This document shows, one piece after another, positions 37,316 to 47,186 of a DNA stretch of 54,137 nucleotides. A program made the translations under genes and the position numbers. The notes beneath the pieces are model-generated. The model was not told where the DNA came from and did not search any database. It worked only from the letters and a program-made list of their open reading frames with translations. Location: positions 1 through 54,137 of the forward strand of contig JAJZOG010000011.1 in assembly GCA_021811585.1 (NCBI GenBank), written 5' to 3'. This DNA comes from a bacterium. GTDB lineage: Bacteria; Patescibacteriota; Doudnabacteria; UBA920; VMFF01. Position 1 is the first letter of the stretch. Each line of letters starts with the position of its first letter.

Positions 37316-38974
37316 TTACCCTCCGAAAAAAAATCTTCCCCCGCCGGCCTTTGGGCTGGCGTTGCCGCGGACCGCGCCGGTAGGCGCCGAAACCGCCGCT
37401 GCCTGGGATCCAGAAATTGTCTGGACCACAACTTGCGCGCCTTCGGAAAGGCCGCCTGTAATTTCCGTATCAGTATCGTTGGACGCGCCGACCTGAACCG
37501 GCTCTTGCTGCGGTTTTCCATTTACAAGCACTTGCACATAATTTGCCCCGGACGAATCGGATTTTATTGCGGAGTTTGGAACAGTTAAAACATTGTTATC
37601 AACTTGCGTGATAATGCTAGCATTGGTGCTCATGCCCGGCTTTACCTGGCTGTTCTGCGCATCCAGCGCAATTTCAACATTATACGTAACAACTCCCTGG
37701 CTCACTGTGCCGACAGTATCAATTTGCGCCACTTTTCCCGTTAAAGTCAGGCCGTCTATGGCATCGAAGGTTAATGTCGCCTGGTCGCCGAGCTTAATTT
37801 TGGGAACATCCACTTCATTTAAAGAAATATCTGCAACCTGGTTGTTGGCAATTTCAGTTGCAATTGCCGTGCCGGTGCTGGCCTGGTCCCCGGGGTTTAC
37901 GCTTAAGGTTGCGATCGTGCCGTCAAACGGAGCTTTTATAATATTATTCTCATATGCCAAATCAGCGTTGGCAAGGGATTCTTTTGCGGAATCAAGCTGC
38001 GCCTGGGCCGCTTCAATCTCCGCTTGGGTTGGCGGTGAAACGGTTTGATCCAATTGCACTTGCGCCTGCGACAAGGCGTTTTGGGCGGAATCAATTTGCT
38101 GTTGCGCTGTCTGCAAATCCTGTGCCTGGGTTTGCAGCGCAGAATTATATGCATTCAAATTTGTAAAATAACTGCTTCCCGAAGTGTTGGGCACCTGAAT
38201 TGTCCAAACCGTTGTTGGAGATATGGTGCCGCTTGTACCGAAAGTTATGTATAATCCATCCCCTAGCGGCAATTCCACGCCGCGCGTTATCACTCCGTTT
38301 TCATTGCCAAGGCCGGAAACAGTGTATGCCGATCCGCCTTCGGAATTATACGTGCTAATCGTATAAGTGCCTTCGGAACTCCCGGTATAATTGCCGCTTA
38401 ACGTTACTGTTGCGCTTGTCTGTGCATCGCTGGCGGAAAGCGCCAGATCCGAATTAAGCAAAGTCGTGTAATCATTGCTGACATCCTGCTCCTGCGTTTT
38501 TTGCACGTTAGTATAGTTCTGCTTGGCATTATCAAGCGATTGCTGTGCCGAATCCACCGCAAGCTGTCCAAGTTTTACCTGGTCGCTCGTGGAACCGGCA
38601 ATAACATTATCGTAATTCGCCTGTTGCTGTTCAACTTGCGCCTTTGCGGTGTTGATGGAATTGATCGCCGATGTCTCGTCCAACATCGCAATCACATCTC
38701 CGGCGTTTACTTGCTGGCCCTGCTGCACTTTAACCTGGGTTACAGAACCGCTGGCCTGCGGTTTTATATCCACCTGGTCTGAGGAAGAAATCTGTCCGCT
38801 TCCGGTTACTGTCACGGTCAAATCTTGTTTTTTTGCCGCCTGTGTTATATATCTTACAGCAGCCGAGGCATTATGCGTTTTTTTATACCAAAAATATCCG
38901 ATGGCAATAATAATTATGACAATGATTATTGAGGCGGCTCTGTGTTTTTTACAGTAATCAAAAAATTTTTTCAT
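37316..38974 (-). CDS. Membrane fusion/periplasmic adaptor protein (MacA/YknX-like) with an internal beta-rich insert
   Basis: TM anchor, lipoyl halves (SGSVTQVKVQQGQQV; IKAPFDGTI), KPGMS, VPNSAI. Confidence 0.9.
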   Translation of the reverse strand: MKKFFDYCKKHRAASIIIVIIIIAIGYFWYKKTHNASAAVRYITQAAKKQDLTVTVTGSGQISSSDQVDIKPQASGSVTQVKVQQGQQVNAGDVIAMLDETSAINSINTAKAQVEQQQANYDNVIAGSTSDQVKLGQLAVDSAQQSLDNAKQNYTNVQKTQEQDVSNDYTTLLNSDLALSASDAQTSATVTLSGNYTGSSEGTYTISTYNSEGGSAYTVSGLGNENGVITRGVELPLGDGLYITFGTSGTISPTTVWTIQVPNTSGSSYFTNLNAYNSALQTQAQDLQTAQQQIDSAQNALSQAQVQLDQTVSPPTQAEIEAAQAQLDSAKESLANADLAYENNIIKAPFDGTIATLSVNPGDQASTGTAIATEIANNQVADISLNEVDVPKIKLGDQATLTFDAIDGLTLTGKVAQIDTVGTVSQGVVTYNVEIALDAQNSQVKPGMSTNASIITQVDNNVLTVPNSAIKSDSSGANYVQVLVNGKPQQEPVQVGASNDTDTEITGGLSEGAQVVVQTISGSQAAAVSAPTGAVRGNASPKAGGGRFFFGG

Positions 38975-39122
38975 CGTATTTTATATACCTTTTATACCCT
39001 GCCCTGATTAAAATTTTATTAAATGCGCGGCCTCCACCTGTTCACGCTATATTTCACATTATATTACAACCTTATCGCCAAATTTATTTCAAATGCCCCC
39101 AAAAACAGCTTAGCAGACGGGA

Positions 39123-39172
39123 TTTTAGGTTTTAGGTTGGGGGTTTGGGTTGGGGGTTTGGGTTGGACCCTA
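39123..39172 (-). repeat. GGGTCCAACCC-headed 13-mer repeat element, copy B
   Basis: Minus strand TAGGGTCCAACCCAAACCCCCAACCCAAACCCCCAACCTAAAACCTAAAA; the TAG is the stop of 39170..39958. Confidence 0.9.
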
Positions 39173-39958
39173 ATGAAACCAATGCAAGAGGGTTTGCCAG
39201 AAACCTTCCCAAAAACCTCGCCGGTGCGCGCCGGTATTTCGAATAATTTTTATCATGCGCTCCTGGATCGCATTACCTTGCTTGGGTCCAAAAATTATTG
39301 CCATGCGGCTGTCTTTAAGCCCGCCGGGAACAGGCATGGATGCCAATGGCTCCGGAAAATTCTCCTGCATTCCGCTCGAGGATGCCGAGGAATAAACATA
39401 TACCTTTGTGCCGTTATCGGTGATTGCCTGCCATCTGCCGCTGCCGTCAGGGACAATGTCCCGGACCACGGCAATATTGCTGCTGTCAAAATCTTTTCCC
39501 CGATAGGCGCGATAAAATTGTCCGAAAACCGGCACATCATTTTTTCTCGCAAATCTGGAAAATCTTTCGTGGAAAGAAATTATATGCAAGGCAATGCTCG
39601 CAAGTGTTATAAGCGCGATGATAATCACCGGCAAATATAACAGCGGCTTCCTGTATGCAAACGAGTAGCGCCGCAGAAGCCATCCTATTATAAATGTGAA
39701 AACCAGGGCGACAAGCACGTGAGTCCACGGGAAGAGCAGGAAAAATATCAGCAAGCCCGGCCTGCCGAACATGGGCAAAAACCTGATGTTGCTCTCCCGA
39801 AGAATATAAAAAATAAAGCTCACGGAAAAGATGGAAATTACAAAAAGCAAAATCGTCGCCAAAATTACGAATGCAGTCCGCAAAGCAAAATAAATTTTCG
39901 GGCGCTTTTTCAATTCGCCTTTTTTTATTTTATCGATTATGTCTTTTTTAATATCCAT
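39170..39958 (-). CDS. Membrane protein downstream of the ECF sigma factor (possible anti-sigma partner)
   Basis: Three TM helices; directly follows the sigma gene. Confidence 0.7.
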   Translation of the reverse strand: MDIKKDIIDKIKKGELKKRPKIYFALRTAFVILATILLFVISIFSVSFIFYILRESNIRFLPMFGRPGLLIFFLLFPWTHVLVALVFTFIIGWLLRRYSFAYRKPLLYLPVIIIALITLASIALHIISFHERFSRFARKNDVPVFGQFYRAYRGKDFDSSNIAVVRDIVPDGSGRWQAITDNGTKVYVYSSASSSGMQENFPEPLASMPVPGGLKDSRMAIIFGPKQGNAIQERMIKIIRNTGAHRRGFWEGFWQTLLHWFH

Positions 39959-40021
39959 GTTGTTTTAAATAATCTGCCGCTTGATGCTTAATATCCATTT
40001 CATTTCACTAATGCTGCCGCT

Positions 40022-40573
40022 TTATGCCAATTTATCATATTCTTTTTTTAAATACTGCCTGCCGCGAGCCAGGCGCACGCCCACCGTGGCAACCGGTATT
40101 CTTAAAATATCGGCTATCTCTTTGTAATCAAAACCCTCGATGTAATAAAGCACCAGCGGCTCGCGGTATTTTATATCCAATTTTCGCAGCGAGGAATCCA
40201 AAATTTCCTTTGACTGGCGCAGGTTGATCTCGTCTTCGTGCTTTTCTTTCGGAATCTGCGGGAACAAAACATCAAGGTCGAAAAACGGAATTTTCTCGAG
40301 CTTGTTCCTCTTCAGGAAATTCACGCATTCATTATGCGCTATCCTGTATATCCAGGAAGAAAATTTTCTGCCCGTGTCAAAACTTTCTATGTTCCTGTAG
40401 GCCTTGATGAACGTTTCCTGGACAACATCTTCGGCGTCCCGGGCATCAAATAAAAATTTTGCCGCATAGCGCTGGAGCTTGCCTTCATACCTTTGCATCA
40501 GGACTGAAAATTTTTCATCCCTTCCGCGCTGAACGTCTGCGGCCGCGGATTCGTCGCTTTGCTCAATTATCAT
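40022..40573 (-). CDS. ECF RNA polymerase sigma factor (SigW-like)
   Basis: DAEDVVQETFIKAY, FSSWIYRIAHN, YKEIADILRIPVATV..RL.RG. Confidence 0.95.
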   Translation of the reverse strand: MIIEQSDESAAADVQRGRDEKFSVLMQRYEGKLQRYAAKFLFDARDAEDVVQETFIKAYRNIESFDTGRKFSSWIYRIAHNECVNFLKRNKLEKIPFFDLDVLFPQIPKEKHEDEINLRQSKEILDSSLRKLDIKYREPLVLYYIEGFDYKEIADILRIPVATVGVRLARGRQYLKKEYDKLA

Positions 40574-40639
40574 TATGTCTTACGAACTATATTACAAAAT
40601 TATGCAGCCGCTTATTTCAAGCGGTAATTGGAAGTATAT

Positions 40640-40673
40640 AAAAAACACCCGCGTTTGGAAAGCGCGGGTGTTT
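40640..40673 (-). terminator. Intrinsic terminator
   Basis: AAACACCCGCG...CGCGGGTGTTTTT on the minus strand. Confidence 0.7.
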
Positions 40674-40704
40674 GAAAACTTTGTTTTTCACTTATAACCG
40701 GATT

Positions 40705-40788
40705 ACTCCATGGCATCTATCCGATCTACTCCATGGCATGTGTCCGGCCTATTCCATGGCATCTATCCGACTCATTTCATGGCATGGC
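40705..40788. repeat. 23-bp degenerate tandem repeat (about 3.6 copies) with a CCATGG core
   Basis: ACTCCATGGCATCTATCCGATCT / ACTCCATGGCATGTGTCCGGCCT / ATTCCATGGCATCTATCCGACTC / ATTTCATGGCATGG. Confidence 0.85.
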
Positions 40789-40847
40789 CAAAGGACCCTA
40801 AAATTTTCTTTCATTTGCCGTTTATTTTTTTCACGGCTCCGGATTGC

Positions 40848-41675
40848 CTACTGGCCTTGGCTTTGGGCTCCGGATTGGCTTGAAGAATTTTTATCGCCTG
40901 ATCCTGCCGGGAAAGCCGCCCTCAAAGCCGCAACAGCTGTTTTCAAAGCATTTTCATAAGTTTGCACTGCCTGCGCCAGCGCTTCGTTGCGCGTATGCAC
41001 AAGCGCTGAAACCTGTGGGCCAACTTTATCCACGCTACGCATGGCCTGCTGCCTTGCTTGCCTTGCGGAAGCAAGTGCCGCAAAAAATGTCTGCCTTACT
41101 TGGGAAGGCGCGGTGCCTGCCGCGCAGCTGCTTTGTGCCTGCGTTATTGCTGCTTGCACTGCTGTCAAATAATTTTCAAACGCCTGGTCAATTGCAGTCC
41201 TGTGCCCGATAATAATCTGCTCCAGCCCCTGCCAAAACGCAGTGCGTGCCGCATCCACAGCGGATTCCCGCGCACTTGCAGCGCTCTCTATTGCCTGCTG
41301 AAACGCCGCGACCGCTTGTTTTTGCTCTGTTGTTGCCGCGCGAGCGCTCAAATGGGCATAAATTTTTTGCCTGTTCTGCTCCCAGTTCGCGCGCTGCTGA
41401 TCCAAAGTTTGCGTCTCTTGCGTTTGATGCTCCTGCGCCTGCGAATCCTCGCGGCTTATTCTGTCTTTTAAATTGGAAATTTGCCGGCTGATTGCCGCGG
41501 CATAGGTTTGCCCCCTCGCGGACAATGCCGTACAAAAAGCCGAACCCGCGGTTCGCGCAGATGTATTGGCTTCTGCCGATGCCGTGGCAACCTGATGCCT
41601 TGAGGCCGCAAGCGCCGGAGCTGCAACCAACGCCAAAGACAACGCGATTGATGAAATTAATTTTATCTTTTTCAT
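40848..41675 (-). CDS. Secreted Ala/Gln-rich coiled-coil protein
   Basis: Signal peptide MKKIKLISSIALSLALVAAPALA; two Cys; helical. Confidence 0.8.
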   Translation of the reverse strand: MKKIKLISSIALSLALVAAPALAASRHQVATASAEANTSARTAGSAFCTALSARGQTYAAAISRQISNLKDRISREDSQAQEHQTQETQTLDQQRANWEQNRQKIYAHLSARAATTEQKQAVAAFQQAIESAASARESAVDAARTAFWQGLEQIIIGHRTAIDQAFENYLTAVQAAITQAQSSCAAGTAPSQVRQTFFAALASARQARQQAMRSVDKVGPQVSALVHTRNEALAQAVQTYENALKTAVAALRAAFPAGSGDKNSSSQSGAQSQGQ

Positions 41676-42007
41676 TGTATTGGATTATTTACTGAATCAA
41701 GCGAAGAATTGGAGCTCGAACCGTCGGTCGAAACGCTCTGCGCATCCGATGCGCCATCCTGCGAAACCGTTGCATATGAATTTGTGCCTTCAGTTCCCAA
41801 GGAATTCAAATCAACTCCTGAGACAGAACCCACATTCGCCGCCTGCGGCGCAGGAACCTGCGACTGCCCGGCTTGCGAACTTTCAACCGAATTCGAATTA
41901 CTGCCGGTTTGGGCATATTGCCCGCCGTTGCTGCTCCTAATAAGAACCGAGGCGACAACCGCCAAGGCAATTATTACAACTGCCCAAATTATGTATTTTG
42001 TTTTCAT
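41672..42007 (-). CDS. Small membrane-anchored Ser/Gln-rich protein
   Basis: N-terminal TM; ATGA-type overlap with the next gene. Confidence 0.75.
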   Translation of the reverse strand: MKTKYIIWAVVIIALAVVASVLIRSSNGGQYAQTGSNSNSVESSQAGQSQVPAPQAANVGSVSGVDLNSLGTEGTNSYATVSQDGASDAQSVSTDGSSSNSSLDSVNNPIQ

Positions 42008-42248
42008 GTTTAATTATTATATTTAATAATGCTTTGCCTCCCGAATCGTGCAAGCATTAAAAGGCACGACCTCCCTTTTAATGCCAAACTTAAACGCATT
42101 ATAGGGCCTTTGCAAATCGTGCGCAACAAAAGAATCCACAGGCATTCGCAAAAAATTTCTTTTTTCATGCAAATGCTCTAAACTACATATAAACATATAT
42201 TATATGAATGATGCTCTATAAATGACGGCGAATGACACCGACATATAA

Positions 42249-43864
42249 ATGATAGTGCAAAGATACAAAAAATTGCTTTTTATATGCCTGGCGGTTTTGC
42301 TGGCAACCCTTGATGCGGCAAGCGCATTTGCTGCCGCCAAAATTGCTTCTGCCAAAAATTTTAATCTTCGGGTTTCTGTAAACGGACAATTATTTTCAAT
42401 AGATTCCGATAATGCTGGCGCGCCGCGAAATGCCGCGCAAATCCTCAAAAGCATCTGGACAGGCGCGCCCTTATATTCCGCCAAAGCGCTAAAGCAAACC
42501 ATTGCCAGCATAGCGACAAAAACAGACGTGCCTCCCAAAAATTATTCCATTTCTGCTGCAAACGGCAACGTTTATGTGGACACGGCAACTGCTCCTGGAA
42601 AAATTCTTAACCAGCAAACGGCTTTCCTGAAAATAACCGCGGCCATTGAAAACCATGAAAAAAAAATGGCCTTGGACTCAACTGTCCTGGAGCCGCAGGT
42701 GAGCATAACGAATGCGCAAAAGGCCGCGGCACAGGCAAACCTGCTCCTTGAAAAAGATTTATGGATTTCTTATAACGGGCATGTTATGCAAGTGCCGCGG
42801 CAAACAATCGCCGGATGGATTGGTTCTGTCCCCAGCGGCGCTGATGACCTGGAAATTTATCTCGACAAAAACAAGGTCGCCCAAACCCTGCGTTCGCTAA
42901 CGGAACAATATGATTCCGCTCCAAAAGAAATGGTTTTGGATCTGAACAGCCAAAATAAAAATTCGAATTTCATACCGCCTGTCACCGGAACGCAGGCAAA
43001 CACAAGCTTGGGGTCTGATCAAATTATAAATCTCTATTCGGAAGCGCTCGCGAGGAAAACTTCGGATTCGGGAAACAAAAATTCTCCGTTGAACATTGAG
43101 CTGATTACAATCCAGCCGCCTGTTCCTGATTCAGCCGCAAAATTAGGGATTGTCTCTGAAATCGGCACAGGCGCAACCACTTTTTACGACAGCTCAAATG
43201 CAAGAATACACAACATTAAAATCGGCGCAAATGCGCTTAATAATATTTTAATCGGCCCGGACAAGAATTTTCAACTCTAAATGCCCTTGGCGCAATAAAT
43301 GCGGCGCAGGGTTATGTGCCGGAACTTTCCATAATCGGAAACCAAACAATTCCCGAATACGGCGGCGGCTTATGCCAAATTGCGACAACGCTGTTTAGGG
43401 CAGTGTTAAACACTGGCCTGCCCGTAACTGATCGACAAAATCATTCTTACCGCGTTTCTTATTACGAACGCGACGGCAATGGCAAGTACATTGGCCCGGG
43501 GCTTGATGCCACAATCTATTCGCCTGCACCGGATTTCAAATTTGTGAATGATACAGGACACTGGATTCTTCTCACAAGCAAAGTGCAAGGCCTTCAACTT
43601 TCATTCACAATGTATGGAACTCCGGATGGCAGAAAAGTGCAAATTGACGGCCCAAAAATTCTTTCATCCTTGCCCGCGCCGGCGCCGGTTTACGAATACA
43701 CTTCAAAACTCCAGCCAGGCCAAACAATACAAACCGATATAGCACATCCCGGAGGCAGAACGACTGTTACCTATACTGTCACACATGCTGACGGCACCGT
43801 AAAAAAACAAATTTTCAACAGTTATTACGAGCCCTGGCCCGCAAGATATTTGGTTGGAAAATAA
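42249..43864 (+). pseudogene. VanW family protein, frameshifted near 43255 (true pseudogene or sequence error)
   Basis: ORF1 ends ARIHNIKIGA..LNNILIGP; the other frame continues GQEFSTLNALG...GYVPEL...YGGGLCQIATTLFRA...RQNHSY...GLDATIY. Confidence 0.85.
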
Positions 43865-43894
43865 AAACCCGTTCCACAAACAGCGTGGAACGGG
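43863..43894. terminator. Terminator between convergent genes
   Basis: CCCGTTCCAC/GTGGAACGGG stem with an adjacent A run. Confidence 0.7.
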
Positions 43895-43936
43895 GAAATT
43901 CAGAAGGTGTGGCAGGGCTTACATCACGTTACCTCA

Positions 43937-44413
43937 CTAGTTAGCCACTAGTAAGATAGGTATGCAAGCAAACGCAAAGCCGGACACTTTTGTAAGCAGG
44001 GCGCGATCCCTGCGCCCCACCGACATTACTGCCGGCATGACCACTTCTCCGTATTGGTCTTCTGCCAGCGTTCCCGGCGCAGCGCACCAGGTTTCAAGGC
44101 CAAATAAAGAATAGGCCTTTTTAATTTGTAACAGATGCCAATAATGCCCATAAGACAGGTTCTTGGGTAGCATGGCCGCTGTATTTACCCAATCAAAGCT
44201 GGGTTCGGTTTTCATTATAATGCACTTAAACGGGCTGAGCCGCGAGCCGGACGGCAGCGAAATTTGTTTTTTGTTTATTTCAGGCACTTTAAAAAATGGT
44301 CTGAATAAACTTTCGCTATGATCTTCGACTTCGTCAAAGGCCATAATCATTTCCCGTTCATCGCTCAGAACGGGTTGGACGATAAATTCGTCCAAAATAG
44401 TCATTACCGACAT
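43937..44413 (-). CDS. Hypothetical protein (ORFan)
   Basis: AAGGAGG upstream of ATG 44413; terminator downstream. Confidence 0.6.
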   Translation of the reverse strand: MSVMTILDEFIVQPVLSDEREMIMAFDEVEDHSESLFRPFFKVPEINKKQISLPSGSRLSPFKCIIMKTEPSFDWVNTAAMLPKNLSYGHYWHLLQIKKAYSLFGLETWCAAPGTLAEDQYGEVVMPAVMSVGRRDRALLTKVSGFAFACIPILLVAN

Positions 44414-44543
44414 ATTCCCTCCTTGTCTTTTCATTCACTGAAAACTTGCCAAAACCAATTATACCTTAACTACTTCAATTTGTCCACAAAGAAGCACCGT
44501 GGTAAACTATTAAAAATGCCGAACGTACTTTAGCGCAAACGAA

Positions 44544-46436
44544 ATGAAAACAAAAAACAAACAAACCGGCTTCACTCCAATTCAACAAAGCTTCATTCCG
44601 ACGGAACAAAGCTTCAATCCAGTCCAACAAAACAGCTTCACACTAACGGAACAAAGTTCCACTCCAATTCAACAAAACGGTTTCACTCTAATTGAAATTG
44701 TGGTAAGCATAGGAATTTTCGCCATACTTCTTGTTGGCATAATCAGCGCCTACAATTTGATGGCGCGCGGGGTTCGCGCTTTTCGGGAGCAGGCAACAAT
44801 TGCCGCGCTCGCGGACCAATACCTGGAAACCGCGCGCAATCTTCCCTATTCGCAAATAGGGACAACAAGCGGCAACCCGCACGGCAACCTTCCGGACCAA
44901 ACAGACCCGGCAACAAACAGCATCAATGGCGTGAATTATCAAATTTACTATGACATTGCCTACATTGACGATCCGGCTGATGACGCCACAGATACCTATC
45001 CCAACGATTACAAACAAGTGAAAGTTTATGTAAAAAATGAAAACACAGATGCGCTTGAAAGTTTTATTACCACAATCGCGCCGCAAGGCGAAGAAAGTTT
45101 GGCTTCAGGCGGCGAATTGCAGATTTCGGTTATTAACGCGGTGGGCCAGCCTGTTGCCGGCGCTTCGGTCCAAATTACAAATACTTCCATTTCTCCAAGC
45201 ATTAATGTTACACGGACAACGGACGCAAACGGCAATTGGGATGAAGCCGGCCTGCCTGACAGCGTCAACGGCTATCATATTGTTGTCACAAAATCAGGAT
45301 ATTCCATTGACCAAACCTACCCCATAACGCCGCAAAATCCAAACCCAGTTAAACCGGATGCCACAATTTCAAACGGCCAAATTACACAGGTAAGCTTTGC
45401 CATTGATTTGCTCAGCAATCTTACGATTGAAACTTTAAACCAGAAATGTTCGGCGATTTCCGGAGTCGGCACAAATGTACAAGGCGCAAAACTGATTGGC
45501 ACAAACCCCAATATTCCGAAATTCGATAATACTTTCACTTCCGATTCCAGCGGCAGCATAAATATGAATGGGATTGAATGGGATACTTACACTCCCACGC
45601 TCACTGATCCCGCGTATATGATTTACGGCTCATCGCCAATCCAGCAAATAAGCTTACTGCCAAACACCAGCGCGCTTTTCACTCTTATATTAGGACCCGC
45701 GACCGCCAACAGTTTGCTTGTAATAGTAAAAGACGCCGGCGGCAATCCCGTGGAAGGCGCCAATGTTGATTTGCAAACCATAACTCCGGCCAGCGACACC
45801 AACCAAACAACAGGCGGAAGCGTTTGGCTGCAAAACGATTGGTCCGGCGGATTCGGACAAGCGGATTGGTCAAGCCCTTCCATGTACTACCAAGACAGCG
45901 GCACAGTAAACACCGCAACAGCCGGACAAGTGGCGCTTTCACAGGCAAGCGGCGGAGGCGGAGGCACATATTCAAGTTCCGGGTGGCTGGAGTCCTCGTC
46001 TTTTGATACCGGATCAAGCCGCACATCTTATACTACTTTGGATTGGCAGCCGACTTCCCAAAATCCTTCCACCAGCATCTCTTTCCAAATAGCGACAAAT
46101 AATGACGATAAAACCTGGAATTTTTTGGGACCAAACGGGACTACCGGCAGTTTTTACACTGTGCCCGGCACAACCATAAGTTCAGCGAACAACGGAAACC
46201 GGTATGTGCGCTACAAAGTTTATTTTTCGACAAACGACACCTCCAAAACGCCCGTACTCACGAGCGTGGGCATAAATTATGTTTCCGGATGTTTCACTCC
46301 AGGGCAAACCATTTTCCCGGGCCTCACAGCAGGGTCCAATTACAATGTTATTGTGAGCGCGACCGGATATACCACGCAAACCTTCAATAACGTGGATATT
46401 AACGGATACAATGTTTTGGATGTGACACTGCAGTAA
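44544..46436 (+). CDS. Large type IV minor pilin-like protein with carboxypeptidase-regulatory-like beta-sandwich domains
   Basis: G|FTLIE plus hydrophobic helix; GQPVAGASVQI, TTDANG, GNPVEGANVDL. Confidence 0.88.
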   Translation: MKTKNKQTGFTPIQQSFIPTEQSFNPVQQNSFTLTEQSSTPIQQNGFTLIEIVVSIGIFAILLVGIISAYNLMARGVRAFREQATIAALADQYLETARNLPYSQIGTTSGNPHGNLPDQTDPATNSINGVNYQIYYDIAYIDDPADDATDTYPNDYKQVKVYVKNENTDALESFITTIAPQGEESLASGGELQISVINAVGQPVAGASVQITNTSISPSINVTRTTDANGNWDEAGLPDSVNGYHIVVTKSGYSIDQTYPITPQNPNPVKPDATISNGQITQVSFAIDLLSNLTIETLNQKCSAISGVGTNVQGAKLIGTNPNIPKFDNTFTSDSSGSINMNGIEWDTYTPTLTDPAYMIYGSSPIQQISLLPNTSALFTLILGPATANSLLVIVKDAGGNPVEGANVDLQTITPASDTNQTTGGSVWLQNDWSGGFGQADWSSPSMYYQDSGTVNTATAGQVALSQASGGGGGTYSSSGWLESSSFDTGSSRTSYTTLDWQPTSQNPSTSISFQIATNNDDKTWNFLGPNGTTGSFYTVPGTTISSANNGNRYVRYKVYFSTNDTSKTPVLTSVGINYVSGCFTPGQTIFPGLTAGSNYNVIVSATGYTTQTFNNVDINGYNVLDVTLQ

Positions 46437-46437
46437 C

Positions 46438-46491
46438 GGGTCCAACCCAAACCCCCAACCTAATACCCCAACCTAATACCCCAACCTAAAA
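46438..46491 (+). repeat. GGGTCCAACCC-headed 13-mer repeat element, copy C
   Basis: GGGTCCAACCCAAACCCCCAACCTAATACCCCAACCTAATACCCCAACCTAAAA, 1 nt after the TAA stop. Confidence 0.9.
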
Positions 46492-46570
46492 TTTTCAGCG
46501 CCCATATTTCTCGCTTATCCAAGCCGAAAATTATCCATATTAATCAAATCATCACAAAAATTTAATAAAA

Positions 46571-47182
46571 ATGAAAGAAAAAGGATTTACATTAATAGAG
46601 GTGATTGTTTCTATAGCAATTTTTGCGCTGTTATTTACCGGGGTTGTAGAATTAGTGGGGAAAATTTTTACCCAGGCTGGCGGACAATCGCTACTTCTAA
46701 GCAACGCGGATCAGGCGCGTAAAATAGTTTTCGCCTTTGCGGATGAAATTCGGAACGCCACATACGGGAATGACGGTTCATATCCCGTCGCCGAAGCGAA
46801 CGATCAAGAAATAATTTTTTTTAGCAGTGAGCCGCAGAACCCGCAAATAGCTGATAAAATCCGTTATTACATTTCCGGAAACGCCCTGTATCGCGGAATT
46901 ACAGTACCGAGTGGGAGTCCACTTTCCTACAATGGCGCAAACGAACAAAGCACCAAAATTGAGGATACCGTCGCAAACGGGACGACGCCACTGTTTTATT
47001 ATTATGACGGAAATTATGATGGTACAACTTCGCCGCTCACGCAACCTGTAAATTTGACCCAAATTAGATTTATCAAAATAAATATGGTAATTCCCAATCC
47101 TGCCGGCACGCAAACAAACAATACTTTCCCGATAACAGGAGGGGCAACTCTCAGAAATTTAAAGACAAATTTAGGCGATTAA
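46571..47182 (+). CDS. Type IV minor pilin/pseudopilin (PilW/GspJ-like)
   Basis: MKEKG|FTLIEVIVSIAIF; C-terminal LRNL. Confidence 0.9.
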   Translation: MKEKGFTLIEVIVSIAIFALLFTGVVELVGKIFTQAGGQSLLLSNADQARKIVFAFADEIRNATYGNDGSYPVAEANDQEIIFFSSEPQNPQIADKIRYYISGNALYRGITVPSGSPLSYNGANEQSTKIEDTVANGTTPLFYYYDGNYDGTTSPLTQPVNLTQIRFIKINMVIPNPAGTQTNNTFPITGGATLRNLKTNLGD

Positions 47183-47186
47183 TTAA

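Noticed and set aside
40705-40788. 23-bp repeats as a mini-CRISPR
   Set aside because: The period is too short and the variable parts resemble each other.
43868-43894. GTTCCAC...GTGGAAC as parS
   Set aside because: The arms are separated by a 7-nt loop and sit between convergent genes next to an A run, which fits a terminator.
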